From contig OX597822.1 in NCBI GenBank assembly GCA_951406725.2, positions 43,462,001 to 43,526,000 on the forward strand: 64,000 nucleotides of DNA, given 5' to 3'. How positions within the stretch are numbered: position 1 is the first letter of the stretch; every line of letters begins with the position of its first letter. The notes under the pieces are model-generated. The model had not been told where the DNA came from, searched no databases, and saw nothing but the letters and a program-made list of their open reading frames with translations. Below are positions 43,053-58,904 of this stretch, in pieces. The position numbers were made by a program, and so were the translations under genes. Source of the DNA: Octopus vulgaris. Its lineage: Eukaryota.

Positions 43053-43097
43053 TATATATACATACATATATATATATATACATACATATATATATAC

Positions 43098-43162
<65 letters not shown>

Positions 43163-43326
43163 TGTGTTGATTCAGCAGCAGCGACAATTTAGATGACTCA
43201 ATACAAATGTAGAGTCTTCTTTAATGCATTATAACTGCAAGGCTTCGATTTCCAGTACTCAGTACTATTTGTTTCCAATCACTAGTAGGTAAACCGTGCC
43301 TGGTTTTCTTTTCAACATCCACTGTC

Positions 43327-43361
<35 letters not shown>

Positions 43362-43621
43362 CCATATTTGATTTGAAATGAAAAACGCGAGCGTGAATCA
43401 TTGGTTTTTTGTCACATGTCGTTCACAAAGTTTTTTTTTTTTTTACGAAAGAACATAAAGATAAGCAATTCTTCTAATTCCATTTCATTTCATACTTCAA
43501 GAATTACTCTGACTATGAATATTCAGAAGAAGACCAGACCCGCTTTACCAGCTGGTGATTGGAGACGAGCAACTTGGAATACTGGAAATCGAATAGTTTC
43601 ACTTATTACGTATGTATGTAT

Positions 43622-43797
43622 AGGCGTAGGAGTGGCTGTGCGGTAAGTAGCTTGCTTACGAACCACATGGTTCCGAGTTCAGTCCCACTGCGTGGCACCT
43701 TGGGCAAGTGTCTTCTATTATAGCCTCTTGCCGACCAAAGCCTTGCGAGTGGATTTGGTAGACGGAAACTGAAAGAAGCCCGTCGTATATATGTATG

Positions 43798-43873
<76 letters not shown>

Positions 43874-44025
43874 TGTGTGCGTGTGTGTGCGTGTGTGTGT
43901 GTATCTTTGTGTGTCTGTGTTTGTTCCCCAACATCGCTTGACAACCGATGTTGGTGTGTTTACGTCCCCGTAACTTAGCAGCAAAAGAGAATGATAGAAT
44001 AAGTACTAGGCTTCCAAAGAATAAG
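43622..44025 (+). mobile_element. SINE family B
   Basis: aggcgtaggagtggctgtgcggtaag..ggttccgagttcagtcccactgcgtggcaccttgggcaagtg, internal (TA)n(TG)n and the conserved 3' body. Confidence 0.85.
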
Positions 44026-44027
44026 TC

Positions 44028-44735
<708 letters not shown>

Positions 44736-45542
44736 CATCCAACCGACATGAATTTACCATTGGGCTATTACTTTCTGTTCGCAATCTTAGCGACCAAAAC
44801 AATTTGGCAATCAATACCTTAACGTCCTTTAGTCCATACATCGATGACAACAGCACTAGCAATTAATGTAAATTTTTGAAAAGCACAATGAAAAATTCTA
44901 TCTCGATGTGATATCAAAATCTTTAGAAGTGATCATTACCACTATCACTGGCACTTTTGCAATTATAGGAAAAGGGCATACTCAATTCTGAGTATATAAT
45001 TTATTGGAATGAAAGTTTGTAAATTATATGATGATAAACTATATTCTTATATTTTGAAATGCTTCTGGTTAAAGGTGATGACAACATCGATACAGCAAAT
45101 TGTCTATCATGAGTACAGACGTGGCTGATAATACCGAATCAATATAGGCAGTTCTGGCAGCACTGAGCAGAATGAAGGTGACCTCAAACAACACATACAT
45201 ACGGTTGATGACGATGGCCATGCCTCTCTTCATGAGGTTTCTTGCGTTAGGTTTCAGAGAGCACAGCTCCAGCATCACTCACAGAATTCTATGCCTTCCA
45301 ATTGGAAGCCAGGACTTGCACTGGAATTAAAAGGGTAAAACGTGATAGTATAATATTTACAGCACAAATATCTCCCTTTATTGAATTTCTATTTACAAAC
45401 TTATGTCATCTATCATTCATAGAAAATACCAAAAAAGTTTACATTAAAGAATGGCGCTGCAAGTACACAAGCATACGTTTAAAACATTAATACGTTTAAT
45501 ACATCATAAGATGTTTTTCCTTTGGCTTTGTTTTATATTTCC

Positions 45543-45644
<102 letters not shown>

Positions 45645-46066
45645 CATCTATCTATCTATGTATCTATCTATCTATATACGTATATTTATATGTACAGATA
45701 TCTAAATATCTATGTATTATGTTATGTGTATGTATGCAAATACCTCTATAAATATAAGTATGAAGTTACGTACACATACACACAGACACACACACACACA
45801 CGCACACACACATATATACATGTGTGCGCGTGTGTGTGTGTGGATATGTGTGTATGTATGAGTACGTACATACGTATATGTTTGTGTCTGTATGTGCATG
45901 TACGTATACATGTTTGTGTGTGTATGGATAAAGACGTTATGAATGCAGGTGGTTTATGTCAATGTATTATAAGAATATGGTTGCGTGTATGTTTTTGTTT
46001 TTTTCTTTTTCTACCTATTAGAGTGACTTCCCTTTTATTCAATGGTTTCATAGCATCTGTGCCATT

Positions 46067-46125
46067 AATACCCGACGAAAAATGCATCGCAGCTCTTCGT
46101 TCCGACATTCGAAACTCCGAGTATT
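46067..46125 (+). ncRNA. Degenerate hammerhead-like motif, paralog of 34877-34937
   Basis: CCGACGA-aaaatg..cattc-GAAA-ctccgag-TA. Stem I is damaged. Confidence 0.4.
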
Positions 46126-46212
46126 ATAACAACTTATTGTTTGTTCTAAATTATGACATATATAAATAATCATCTATTTATCAATTAATCGTGGTCTCAT
46201 ACTTTTGTTGTT

Positions 46213-46319
<107 letters not shown>

Positions 46320-46384
46320 GTTATTATTATTATTATTATTATTATCATTTATCATTATATATATTTATATATATATAAATACAA

Positions 46385-46417
<33 letters not shown>

Positions 46418-46881
46418 CGTGTGTGTGTGTATGGGGATACGTATATACATGTAGATATGTGTAACATGTACTCACATCCACATTTTTATCTGTCTATAGT
46501 CATTTAGTAACCATATACAGCAGAAATTTTCTTTAGTATTATATAAACACGATGCTTGGCATCTATTAACTGGCTTATAGTAGCATCTTTTGTATTTTCT
46601 CGTGTAAATGACAATCTGTTGACCATTTCAAAAGACACACTTAACCGACAGACATAACCCGACCTCTGACAACCGATTATTTCCCGAAGATTCACATAGG
46701 AAATAAAGAAAACTTGAGTAGCGTAAGAGTAATTATTACTCTACGCGTTTCTATAAACACTGCTACAGATATTGATTAATAACCCCCTCACTTGCGCATG
46801 CATTACATTACAAAAGCACGTAGAAAAAAGGTCAATCTACTGGCACCCGGGTACTTGAAAGTTAAATAATTAGAACTCTAG

Positions 46882-47208
46882 GCACCCTCTTCGCTTACGA
46901 CGACGAGGGTTCCAGTTAATCCGATCAACGGAACAAGCCTGCTCATGAAATTAATGTGCAAGTGGCTGAGCACTCCACAGACGCGTGTACCTTTATCATA
47001 GTTCTCGGGGATATTCAACGTGACACAGAGTGTGACAAGGCCGGCCCTTTGAATTACAGGGACAACAGAAAAAGGAAGTAAGAGTGAGTACAGCAGGGTT
47101 CGCCACCATCCCCTGCAGGGGCCTCGTGGAGCTTTAGGTGTTTTCGCTCAATAAACACTCACAACGCCCGGTCTGAGAATCGAAACCGCTAGGCCATTGC
47201 GCCTCTAC
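46882..47208 (-). mobile_element. SINE family C copy
   Basis: Reverse complement of 32051-32408 (acgacgacgagggttccag..acaacgcccggtctgagaatcgaaacc). Confidence 0.82.
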
Positions 47209-47709
47209 ATTTATAACAATGTAAGCTAGCTAGAAAGAGGAGTAAATAATTAGATAGACAGGCAGGTCAATGGATTTCGTACATGTGACAATAGTTAGAT
47301 AAATTGAAAAGTGATAGAGCAGGGAAGGCAGTTTCCCTAGTCGAAAGATGCTCTGACATAGAATTTGTAGTCGAAATAATAGTGGTAGTTTGTTAATGGA
47401 AGCTACAATGGCGACCGTTGCAGAATCTTTTGTCGCTGAAACCTAACGATGTACAGTTGTCTCACTATCAAGTGAGACAACTATCACCTGACTTAATGTG
47501 GGCAGTCATCATATATATATATCGTTCAAATACACATACACACATCAATAAAGTAGAAAATTGGATTCAGTGAATCAAGAGAAACTCGCGGTAAGCATCT
47601 CATACATACATGAATGCCTAAATAATACATATATACATACATACATACATTCAAACATATATACATACGCATACACGCACAAATATATATATATATATAC
47701 ATCCACTTG

Positions 47710-47846
<137 letters not shown>

Positions 47847-47893
47847 GTCTATATCTATCTATCTATCTATCTATATATCTATTTATGTATCTA

Positions 47894-47968
<75 letters not shown>

Positions 47969-48417
47969 TTACCTACACAGGGTCACAGATACACACATAT
48001 ATAAATCTAAATGTGCCAAGCTATCTTCTATCTACCTATCTCTTTCTATATATCTATATAAACAGAGAAAGATCGAGAGTAGGAGAGAAGACATATGTAA
48101 ATACACACACACACGCACACGCACACACATGAACTGTAGCTAATTAAACCATTCATCTATATCAAACACATTCGAAATATAGTCTGAAAAGAAATTTGTA
48201 GACTTTTCCAAGAGTCGATACTTTAAAAGTGTTGATTAGTAATATATTTGTATCCTTGTGTAGATAATGTAATGTATTGATATTCACACTTTTGTTAGTT
48301 TGATTAAAGAAGTTCGAAAAATACCGTATTTTTCTGACATTATTCTGACGGTAATGTGCAGTAAATACACACAGACAGATAGACAGCCAGCCAGCCAGCC
48401 AGACAGACAGACAGACA

Positions 48418-48454
<37 letters not shown>

Positions 48455-48861
48455 TCATATGAGCGAGCAATAAAGAGAATCTTGAACGCGGAATAATTGT
48501 GGAGACAGCTTAGAAGATCGGCTAAATATCCTTAGAAGACGGAAAAATTGTGTGCTTCGAAAGGTGTACATCTCAGATTCCCGTGAAAATTCCGTATCGT
48601 TGAGGTAAACGACCCTTAACAACAAACTTCTTCTTTTATAACCCTAAATGATAGCTTTGGAATGTGAGAACATTTTCTTATAAAGAAAGTTAAATGCGCC
48701 GATCAAATGGTATTTTACAGAAAAGATAGGAGAGCTGGAAAGCAGAATAGCTATAAAATACCTTAGAAGCTTGGATACATACGCCTAGAAGAGGGAAGTA
48801 ACCACATACACACACACACACACACGCACACTTATATATGCATACATACATACATACATAC

Positions 48862-48914
<53 letters not shown>

Positions 48915-48945
48915 TATGAAATAGAGTCCAGAGTAATCCAGGAGT

Positions 48946-49161
48946 CTTTAACGTTTCGAGCCTACGCTCTTCCACAGAAAGGAACACAGAAAGAAACAAG
49001 GAGAGAAACAATCAGAGAAAAAATGTGTGTAGTGGCTACCGATCGATCATGGCCACTACACAGCTATCGGTAGCCACTACACACACATTTTTTCTCTCCT
49101 TATTTCTCTCCTTGCTTCTTTCTGTGTTCCTTTCTGTGGAAGAGCGTAGGCTCGAAACGTT
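48946..49161. repeat. Inverted repeat (~90 bp arms) with hammerhead-like termini
   Basis: aacgtttcgagcctacgctcttccacagaaaggaacacagaaagaa.. is complementary to ..ttctttctgtgttcctttctgtggaagagcgtaggctcgaaacgtt. Confidence 0.88.
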
Positions 49162-49235
49162 TATGGCTTTTTCAATTCCCGAGCATTATGCTAATACATC
49201 TGTCTTAGTCTTTTGTATTTTTCGTGAATTCTCCA

Positions 49236-49328
<93 letters not shown>

Positions 49329-50039
49329 TGTATATATATATAGGTTATGAGAAGTAATGGCGTCATTGAGACCTAAAGGTGTCAGGTAATGCTGATTAAG
49401 TGCTTTAGATAGACCGAAGTTAAATTCCAGGTTCGGTGACTATGCGAATAAGGGGTTCAACGTTGGTCATATGTCAGCGTGTGTATATAAAAATTTTATT
49501 TAGTAATGAGATAAAAAAAACAAGGCTGTGAAGATTTTAGAATATTTATCGATAGGTCCTTACAGCTATTTCCAGGATATTTATTATAATCCTTTCATCG
49601 GAGACGGTGTGTGAGGATGGTTATAAAATAGTTAATTTAGATAAGATATAAAATAGAGAGTGAGGTGGAGGATATAAAAGAAAATAGGTTTGAGATATGT
49701 AGGGATATAGCATTTGTAGATCTATTTTTAAAAGCAGAATGGTATACATGTAATATTCCAATACCTTATGAGTAAAATCCAATAGAATTTTTTAGTTCGA
49801 TTCAGCCCGAGGTTAGCTCATCATTTTTCAGTCATTTGTTTATATTTAAAAATTGTTGCTTCAAATCGGAGAATAAGTATCATTATGATACATTGTATAC
49901 AGTTATTATACTATCAGCCTTCCATTGTAGCTTTCTCTCCATAACACGCAAAGCCTCTCGGTTTATGTATGATGCGATTCTTCAAAGGCATTTTAGATCA
50001 ATGTTAACCCTCTGCCGCCTTGTCTCATTTTAGCTAGAT

Positions 50040-51110
50040 GCAGCCTACGTCATTGCTTATGTGGAAATTGTGTGCTTGTCAGTATTTTTCGGGTTTTCAC
50101 ATCAATGGCTCAGATCTCATCAATCGTCCAATCATGCAGCCCAAATGTTGGTGAGCCACTGTTTTATTGGAAGCAGATACCTGTGAGGTTCAAATTGTCT
50201 TTATTCAGCTGTAATATTCTTTAGTGACACGTGTTACATGTGCCATTGGAAGACATGTTTTCATCCACCCCTAGATACCTGCAAAATTCCTCTCAGATAT
50301 AGGGGAACAAGTCAAGACATTAATGGAGACGTTGCTAGTCTGGTTTACAGTTTTTCCCTTTTTCACAACGATATAACAACATTTATCCTGACCTAACTTC
50401 AACCCTACATCTTTTGAGAATGTTGTAACCATGTCAAGGCTCTTTTTCATCTCGTGCATATTCTTTGCATAAAGTTTCGAGTCATTCACAAAGAAACAAG
50501 TGTGTAATTTTGGTATTTCTTTTTCCTTGTGAACTAATAAAATATCTTTCCGACTCCCTTAACATAAATAACAAGCGGTTTACAGAAAGTATAAACAACA
50601 TTCCAGAGGCTGTCTCCATGGAATATGCTTTCACGATACTGTATTCTATCAGTGATAGAATACAGTCACTCTTTATGTTTAATTTCAAAATGGTGGCCCA
50701 CGATGAAGTTGGATCAGCTATGGCTTTGACTATGTTCACTGGAACTTTATCAAATTTAAAGGCTTCTAGCATCTAGTGGGGAACAGACTCAAAAGCTTTT
50801 TTGTAGTCTAGCCACATTGAAACTAGGTTCCTCCTATGCTCTCGCACCTCCGACATCACAGTTTTGTTGATTAACAGTTGCTCGGCATATCCCCAGACTC
50901 TCTGCTTCCCAGGTGCTTGTTCTGCTGTGATGATGTTATAGGTTTCACAATAGTCCTGGAGGAAGAGGTTTAATCATGCTGTATATCTTATACATTAAGT
51001 TCTGGCATGCGATTGGCCGGCAGTTTTTTGCTATGTGGGTGGTTCTGCATTTGGGGATCAATTTTGCCTTTGCCAGAGCTAACCACTGTAGTATGCTACT
51101 GCTCCCATTA
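50040..51110 (-). mobile_element. Degenerate R4/Dong-like RT fragment
   Basis: WLDYKKAFESVP, LFILSVN.L, ITHLF, MNDSKLYA and FSKDVGLKLGQDKC are readable across frameshifts. Confidence 0.75.
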
Positions 51111-51214
51111 AGATGGTACAGACAGACTGATAAGATAAGGTCGGTAGAGGGTTAGTGTCTTGTACCAATATCCATCAAGCAAGTCTCTTCGAACGATCGA
51201 TGCTGTATGCCATG

Positions 51215-51565
51215 CGTGTATGTATGTATGTATGTATGTATGTATGTATGTATGTATGTATGTATGTATGTATGTATGTATGTATGTATGTTTGTATGTA
51301 TGCATGCATGTATGCATACATATATGTATATGTATGTATGTATATTTGCATGCATGTATTTATGTATGTATGCATGCATGTATGTATGTATGTATGTATG
51401 TATGTATGTATGCATATATGTATATACGTATGTATGTATGCATGTATATATGTGCATATGTATGTATGCATGTATATATGTATGTATGCATATATGTATA
51501 TGTATGTATGCATGTATGTATGTGTGTATACGTGCATGCTTGTATGCATGCACATATGTATGTAT
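51215..51565. repeat. (ATGT)n/(ATGC)n microsatellite
   Basis: Directly visible. Confidence 0.95.
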
Positions 51566-51956
51566 GTGTTCCTTTTTTGCATTTGTCTCCCTATCATTGC
51601 TGGTATACACCTCCATAACTTAGAGATTCGGCGAAACGGACCGATAGACTAAATACTGGCATCGTTTTGTTCGACTAACTCCTACAAGCAGTGCTCCAGC
51701 TTCGTCGCAGTCCAATGACTATAACAAATAAAAGATGAAAGTCAACTCTATAGGAACGGTATGAACTTAAACACTATCGACAAAAACAACCGAGACCCCC
51801 AATACTTCTACCTACACCATTACAACAAACGTCATTAACGCTACAGATACCATCTCATCATATATTACTGTAGCCATCATCGTAGAGAAATCTATCACTA
51901 CTACAACTAACATTAAATGGACGTCTATGATTACTGTCATTAACACCATCATGAAT

Positions 51957-52692
51957 ATGAGACGTCTTGGCGCAGCCGTTTTGTCGCCGCCCATCTGGTG
52001 TCAATGATTCGACGCTGACTTATTTGACATCACACGTTTTAATGTTTCTTTTATTATAATGCTTTGCTCATTCTCTTCCTGTCTCTACCCCACCCTCTCT
52101 CTTTCTCGTTCTTTCTTTGTTTCTGTGTATGAGTATATGTGGGGACAGATTTGCTAAAGAATAGAACCAACGTTTTCTCTGCGTACTGTAAAAAGCAAAA
52201 AAAAAAAACCAGGTTGAGCTAGGCTTTTCACTTCGACATGGTAAAACTCTCACCTACAACCGCTACCCAAACAAGCCCATGGAATCGAGGGTTGTCACCT
52301 GAGTGATGCCAAGGTGTCAATCACCAGGAGTATGGAATAGCTGATAAATGAAGAGTGGGAGCGAGGCAATGTAATATTGGATGTCTCCATACCTGGCCTG
52401 AGATCATTTCTTTCTATATGACGAGAAGGAAGGTATTTACATAAATTATTTTCAATAAATGTATTGCTATATCTCATCCTGACACTCATTTTATCTGTGT
52501 GTGTATATTTTAGTGCGTGTGATTATGTGTCTGTGTTTGCCTTTGATGCTAAAAAGTACTGTCGCCAAACCAGGTTGATGATCACTCAACGGTACTAACT
52601 CATCTGCATCCAGTCAGCTGCGCCCAAACAGCTACGCTCAAAAAAATACGCCCAAACGGCTGCACCAAAACAGCTGCGCACAATAGTCTCAT
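51957..52692. mobile_element. Putative non-autonomous DNA transposon with TIRs built from ~15-bp subrepeats
   Basis: Left end atgagacgtcttggcgcagccgttttgtcgccgccc is approximately the reverse complement of right end gcccaaacggctgcaccaaaacagctgcgcacaatagtctcat. Confidence 0.55.
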
Positions 52693-52810
52693 TCAGCACC
52701 TTCATTATACGCATGACAGATCTGGTAGAGTATTGGTCAAAATATATCGCAGTATTTACGCTCCTTGATATTCGAAGTTGAAATCTCTTCGGCATTGATA
52801 TGTATATACA

Positions 52811-52900
<90 letters not shown>

Positions 52901-53259
52901 TATATATATATATTTATAATCGATAAAATTAATTAATAATGTACTGAGAGATATTATATAGATTATAACCAAATTTGGAATGTATTATTCTAATAAATAT
53001 AAAGCAAAGTGTGTTTTTCAATTATATATTAAAAGTATTTTGCAAACACAAAATGCATTAACGAACACGTGTACGCATGTATGTATTTATACACACACAC
53101 ACACACATATGTACGCACATATATACATGAGTAAACATAAATACGAACATGTGTTTATACATAAATAAATAAATAAGTATATACATTGGCTTATCAAATC
53201 ACTGCCTGATTCTGCATATATATATATATATATATATAAGTATGTATAAGCATACATAT

Positions 53260-53291
<32 letters not shown>

Positions 53292-53786
53292 GTATGTATA
53301 AGCATATATATATATATATGTATGTATATATAATATATATTTAGATTGATATAGTTACACACACACACAAATATACACATAGGCAAACTTGCATATATAC
53401 TCACACACACGCATACACACATACACACACACATATATATATATATGCGCATGTATGCATAAACATAGACATAACTACATAGATGTGTGTTTGTACATAC
53501 ATAAATATATATACATACATACATACATAATTACACACATAGATGAATATATACATACACAAGCTTATCCAATCACTGCCTGGTTCTGCATGTGTTTTAT
53601 TCTCTCTTTTTTTTTTTTATTAATTACAAATATTCAGAAATAATTAATTGTATGTTCAGTTTGAATTCTTCCGTAATCAGGTGTTACGTAAAGCAGGGTG
53701 AGGGGGTATGTTCATCTCTTTCTCTCCTGGACTCATTATTTTGAACGTTATTTCGAACGACATCGCCATCGTCGTTGTCCTCGTCG

Positions 53787-53840
<54 letters not shown>

Positions 53841-54066
53841 ACGTCATCATCATCAACGTCATCATCATCATCATCATTATTACTATTTTTATAATGATTG
53901 CTAAAGCCACAACGTTCATCATAATCCTCATCATTATTTTTCGTATACAAACATGGGTTGAGATTATCAACGTAACAATCACCACCACCACCACCACCAC
54001 CACCGCCGCCGACGCCACACTACAATCAATCTCCTCCTCCCCCTCTTCCGCCTCCTTCTCTTCCAG

Positions 54067-54107
<41 letters not shown>

Positions 54108-54142
54108 AATTACCGTCATCACCGTCATCACCGTCACCATCG

Positions 54143-54178
<36 letters not shown>

Positions 54179-54721
54179 CTTTTGCAATTGTTGTTGTTCT
54201 ACACCGCCTCTTTATTCTTTTGAGCACTTCTTCCTCAACCTCTTCCTCTCCTCATCCTCCTTCTCCTTCTCCTTCTTCTTCTTCTCCTTCCTCATCTCAT
54301 TCTTCTTCTTCTCATTCATCTTATTGTTACTAATATCATCGTTGTTGCTGTTTATGCTACACTTTACTTCTTTGAGCTGGTACCTCACCAAAAGCCTGCT
54401 ATAATCCAATTAGCTGTTTTGGCAAATCCTGAACAAGGCTCCGTCTCTTAATTTAATCAAAACACAACTGCGATGCCATTTCCACGTTTCCGCTATAGAA
54501 TTGTTCCGCAATTTGAATTACTCAACATTTTACATATGTTGACTCTCTCTCACACACACAGACACACGCGCACACGCGCAGACTTATATAGATATATTTA
54601 TATGTATATGCATATATGTATATATATATATGCATATATCTGTGTGTATAGAGGCATATATAAATATGTGTTTGTATGTGTAAAAGCAAATATGTATATA
54701 TATATAATATACATACATACG

Positions 54722-54753
<32 letters not shown>

Positions 54754-54947
54754 CCGTATATTAGAAGTAAATAGGATTGAGGGCGCGAAAGGGAAAGCGA
54801 ATGAGAGATATGTATATAAGAATCATAATCACTAGCGCACACGCATGTGTGTGTGTGTGTGTGGTTGTATATATATATATATATGTCTATATATATATAT
54901 GTCTATATATATATATATATGTCTATATATATATATATATATGTATA

Positions 54948-54993
<46 letters not shown>

Positions 54994-55017
54994 TACATAT
55001 ATATATATGTATATGTC

Positions 55018-55060
<43 letters not shown>

Positions 55061-55473
55061 ATCTGGAAAACGAGCATAGAGATAAGAGCGTGCATCTTAA
55101 GATAAGTATTAATTTATATATTGATAAATATACACATATGTATATTTCCGTTCGGGTGTTTCGCTTTATATATATATATATATATGTATATTATATGTGT
55201 GTGCGTATAAATTCACATCTGCATGCACACTAGCGCACGCAGACTTGCATGTCTCAATATATATTTTTACATACACATGGATGTATGTGTGTATATACAT
55301 ATTTATTTAAACTTTCTGTTATTTGTGTACGTATGAATGCATTTTCTTACGCTGGCTGAACCAAGGTTATTTATACATCGCAGAAAATATATACACTCGC
55401 ATAAATATCTATATACGAACTTAAGCTCACAGGGACATAGAGAAAATAGAGAGTGAGAGAGAGAGCGTGAGCG

Positions 55474-55510
<37 letters not shown>

Positions 55511-55596
55511 GACAGAGAGTGAGAGAGAGTGAGTGAGAGCTTGAGAACTACCTCGGGTTAAATCTCAAAAGTATGTATCTATCTATCTAATCTATC

Positions 55597-55649
<53 letters not shown>

Positions 55650-55662
55650 ATATCTATCTATC

Positions 55663-55724
<62 letters not shown>

Positions 55725-56056
55725 TATACGAATAGATATGCATATACACTTGTTCATTAGCGTATTTGCAAAGTGCATTATGGAACCGTTATACCCCTTC
55801 CGCCTCATGGACCCAGCGTAGTGAACCTCAGTATTCTTTTCCCTCTCCCCGCTACCATAGCCAACCATGCAGTGAACCGAACACCCAAGCATCCCGGATG
55901 CTCCCACCCCCGACATCATTTTAGTTATTAATGGAATACTTTTATTGTCTACTCAAAGATCTTGGTATATTTTCGTTTTTTTTTTCACATTGGCACACAG
56001 ACACACACGAGTACATGCATGTGTTATTGTATATTGAGTTTGTTTTCAACATTGAC

Positions 56057-56117
<61 letters not shown>

Positions 56118-56384
56118 ATACAAGCGTGCTCCCACAAGCACACACGCATGTATATATACTTATTCACTCTCATTCATACCTAAATATACACAGGAAGACA
56201 CCGCACTCACAACTACACACCACCCAAATGCCTCTGGCCCATTCCATCACATCTATATATATACATATATACATACACACACATATATGTATATATATAT
56301 ATATATATATATCATATATACATACATATCTATATCTATCTAAATATATATATGTATGTATATATATATATATAAATACTATAT

Positions 56385-56415
<31 letters not shown>

Positions 56416-56444
56416 CATACATATATATATATATATATATACAT

Positions 56445-56533
<89 letters not shown>

Positions 56534-56653
56534 CATAACGTTCATCATAATCCTCATCATATACATATCTATACACATATATATAGAGATATATAGAGAG
56601 ATATATGTACGTGCACAATCTCTTTATGTATATATATTGATATGTATGTATAT

Positions 56654-56724
<71 letters not shown>

Positions 56725-57480
56725 TCGCTCTCGTTTATTTTCATTTCTCTATGAAACCAAGCATGCATTATGCAGAAATTCTTGGAATCATTAAACCAAA
56801 ATATATTTTTGCGAAATGAAATGTTCAAACAGAGTTAAAACAAACAAAACAAGAATATCAGCCTCGGCAACAACAACACCAACAAAATCTGGAACATAAT
56901 CATCATCATCATCAGCAGCAGCAGCAGCAGTACAAACAGCAGCCGCAGCAACAACCTCCAAGAAGTAAAATGTTATGTGGAGGAGACTAAAACTAGAGAT
57001 TAAATGGCTACGTGTCTGTTTCGTTACTAATCAGCGTTTTTTTGTTAATCTTCAGCATCATGATGATGATGTTTGTCATCATCATCATCATCATCATCAT
57101 CATCGTCGTCGTCGTCGTTGTTGTCCTCGTTGTCACCACCACCACCACCACCTCCACCACCACCACCACCACCACCACCACCATCATCATCATCATTATC
57201 ATCATCGTCGTCGTCGTCGACGTCATCGTTCTCGTCGTAGTCGTCGTCACAATGATCGTAATATTTCTGTTTTATACAAATATTGTTGCTAATATTTTAC
57301 CATATATTGCCAGTTATTAAATAACTCTCAAAAGCTATCGTTAACATAATTAAAAAAAAAAAAAACGGAAAATGTTTTATCAGTATTATTGAATAAAAAT
57401 CTAAATACGAACGAATACCACCACCACCACCACCACTACCACCATCATAATCATGCTCATAATTATTATTATTATTATTA

Positions 57481-57541
<61 letters not shown>

Positions 57542-57692
57542 TACTATTATTATTATTATTATTGTTGTTGTTGTTGTTGTTGTTGCTGTTGTTGTTGTTG
57601 TTTTGTTACTGATGTTGTTCTGATGCATCGTTGTTTTGCGGTAATTGTTCTGGCTCTTTATGTTCAGAGTTGGCCTTGTGCCTAAACTAGAG

Positions 57693-57789
<97 letters not shown>

Positions 57790-58883
57790 TCCATCTGCTG
57801 TCAACAGCTGCTGAATGGAGGGCTGGTATACCGTGGTTGCTGATGTGCAGATAGTCGCTGAGTTTGCGGCATCTCCAGCGTTTCTTTGACGGTGAGTAGG
57901 TGTGCTCACCGTTTGTAAGAGACACTTTTCCACAGCTCGTCAGTTTGACGGAGCTGCCTGGATTAGGCGTAGACCGAGGAGGGTCACTTGGCACCTCGAG
58001 TGCCGTGAAGCGCACACAACCCTTCGCTGGGCGGGCAATGCAGTCGGTGGTATTCCTACTCTAGCGGTCTATAGAGGGCTAGTGGAGGGAAAGTTCGACG
58101 ACGTTCTCGGGGAAACTCTGGGCATCGATGAAGATCAACTAACCGGTCTGTTTCGGAGAACTTTCGGCCCTGGGCCTATGGATAACTTACAGAAATCCCT
58201 TGCCTGGCAGTGCTACCGAGGGGCGCTGCCTGTTCGGATAAACTTTACAGGGACGGAAGTTCCGTCAGCCTGGCCTGCCCGAGTATTGCTGACCTGTGGG
58301 TTTATGTCGAACAGCTACTGTAGCGTGTAGGACAGACCCGGCTATCAGCTGAAACTTTTGTGAAAATTGTCCCGCCACCCATTTTTCGGCCGGAAGGAGC
58401 AGGCAATTTTTATTTGTCTAGTGGCTGTAGCGAAAGAGGTAGTATGGTGGACCCGTTTGAAAGGGCTAAAGACAGACACTTTCCTCTTTGGACAAGCCCC
58501 TCATCAACTTTTTCAAATTTCACTTGAAAAGGAAGTTGGGGTGGAGAGGGAAGTGTTGCTTTTTAGCAAGTTTATTGAAAGTTGGGTGAATGTTGGAAGA
58601 ATGGCCAGTGTGAAAGGACCAATTCTGAGCGTGCACCTATAAAAAGGGAATCAAAGGAGAAGGGCTCTTGCCCTATTGTTCAGGCACCCGTGGCTTTTGT
58701 GTGTTTTTCTACGAGGACCTTAAAGCGCATCCCTGATCGGGAGATTTAATTTGTCCAATTTTTATCGTTATTACATTGTGTACACACGAAAACCCATTGT
58801 ATCGTCCTGTTTTTGTCTTTTATGTTGTGGTGTGTCATTGAATGTTTTTGTATATGAGCCCTTATGGCTAATAAAAGAATAAA
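57790..58883 (+). mobile_element. L1/Tx1-like LINE 3' fragment, degenerate, between (ATT)n tracts
   Basis: GC-richer island with LQKSLAWQCYRGALPVR and IFICLVAVAKEVVWWTR, typical of the ORF2 C-terminus around the zinc knuckle. 3' aataaa before (ATT)n. Confidence 0.65.
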
Positions 58884-58904
58884 TTATTATTATTATTATT
58901 ATTC

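Noticed and set aside
45069-45340. Possible host exon in a complex-sequence island
   Set aside because: There is a short open frame but no convincing splice acceptor or recognisable protein motif.
55760-55925. GC-richer unique island as a coding exon
   Set aside because: There is no recognisable domain or clear splice pair, so it cannot be supported without transcript data.
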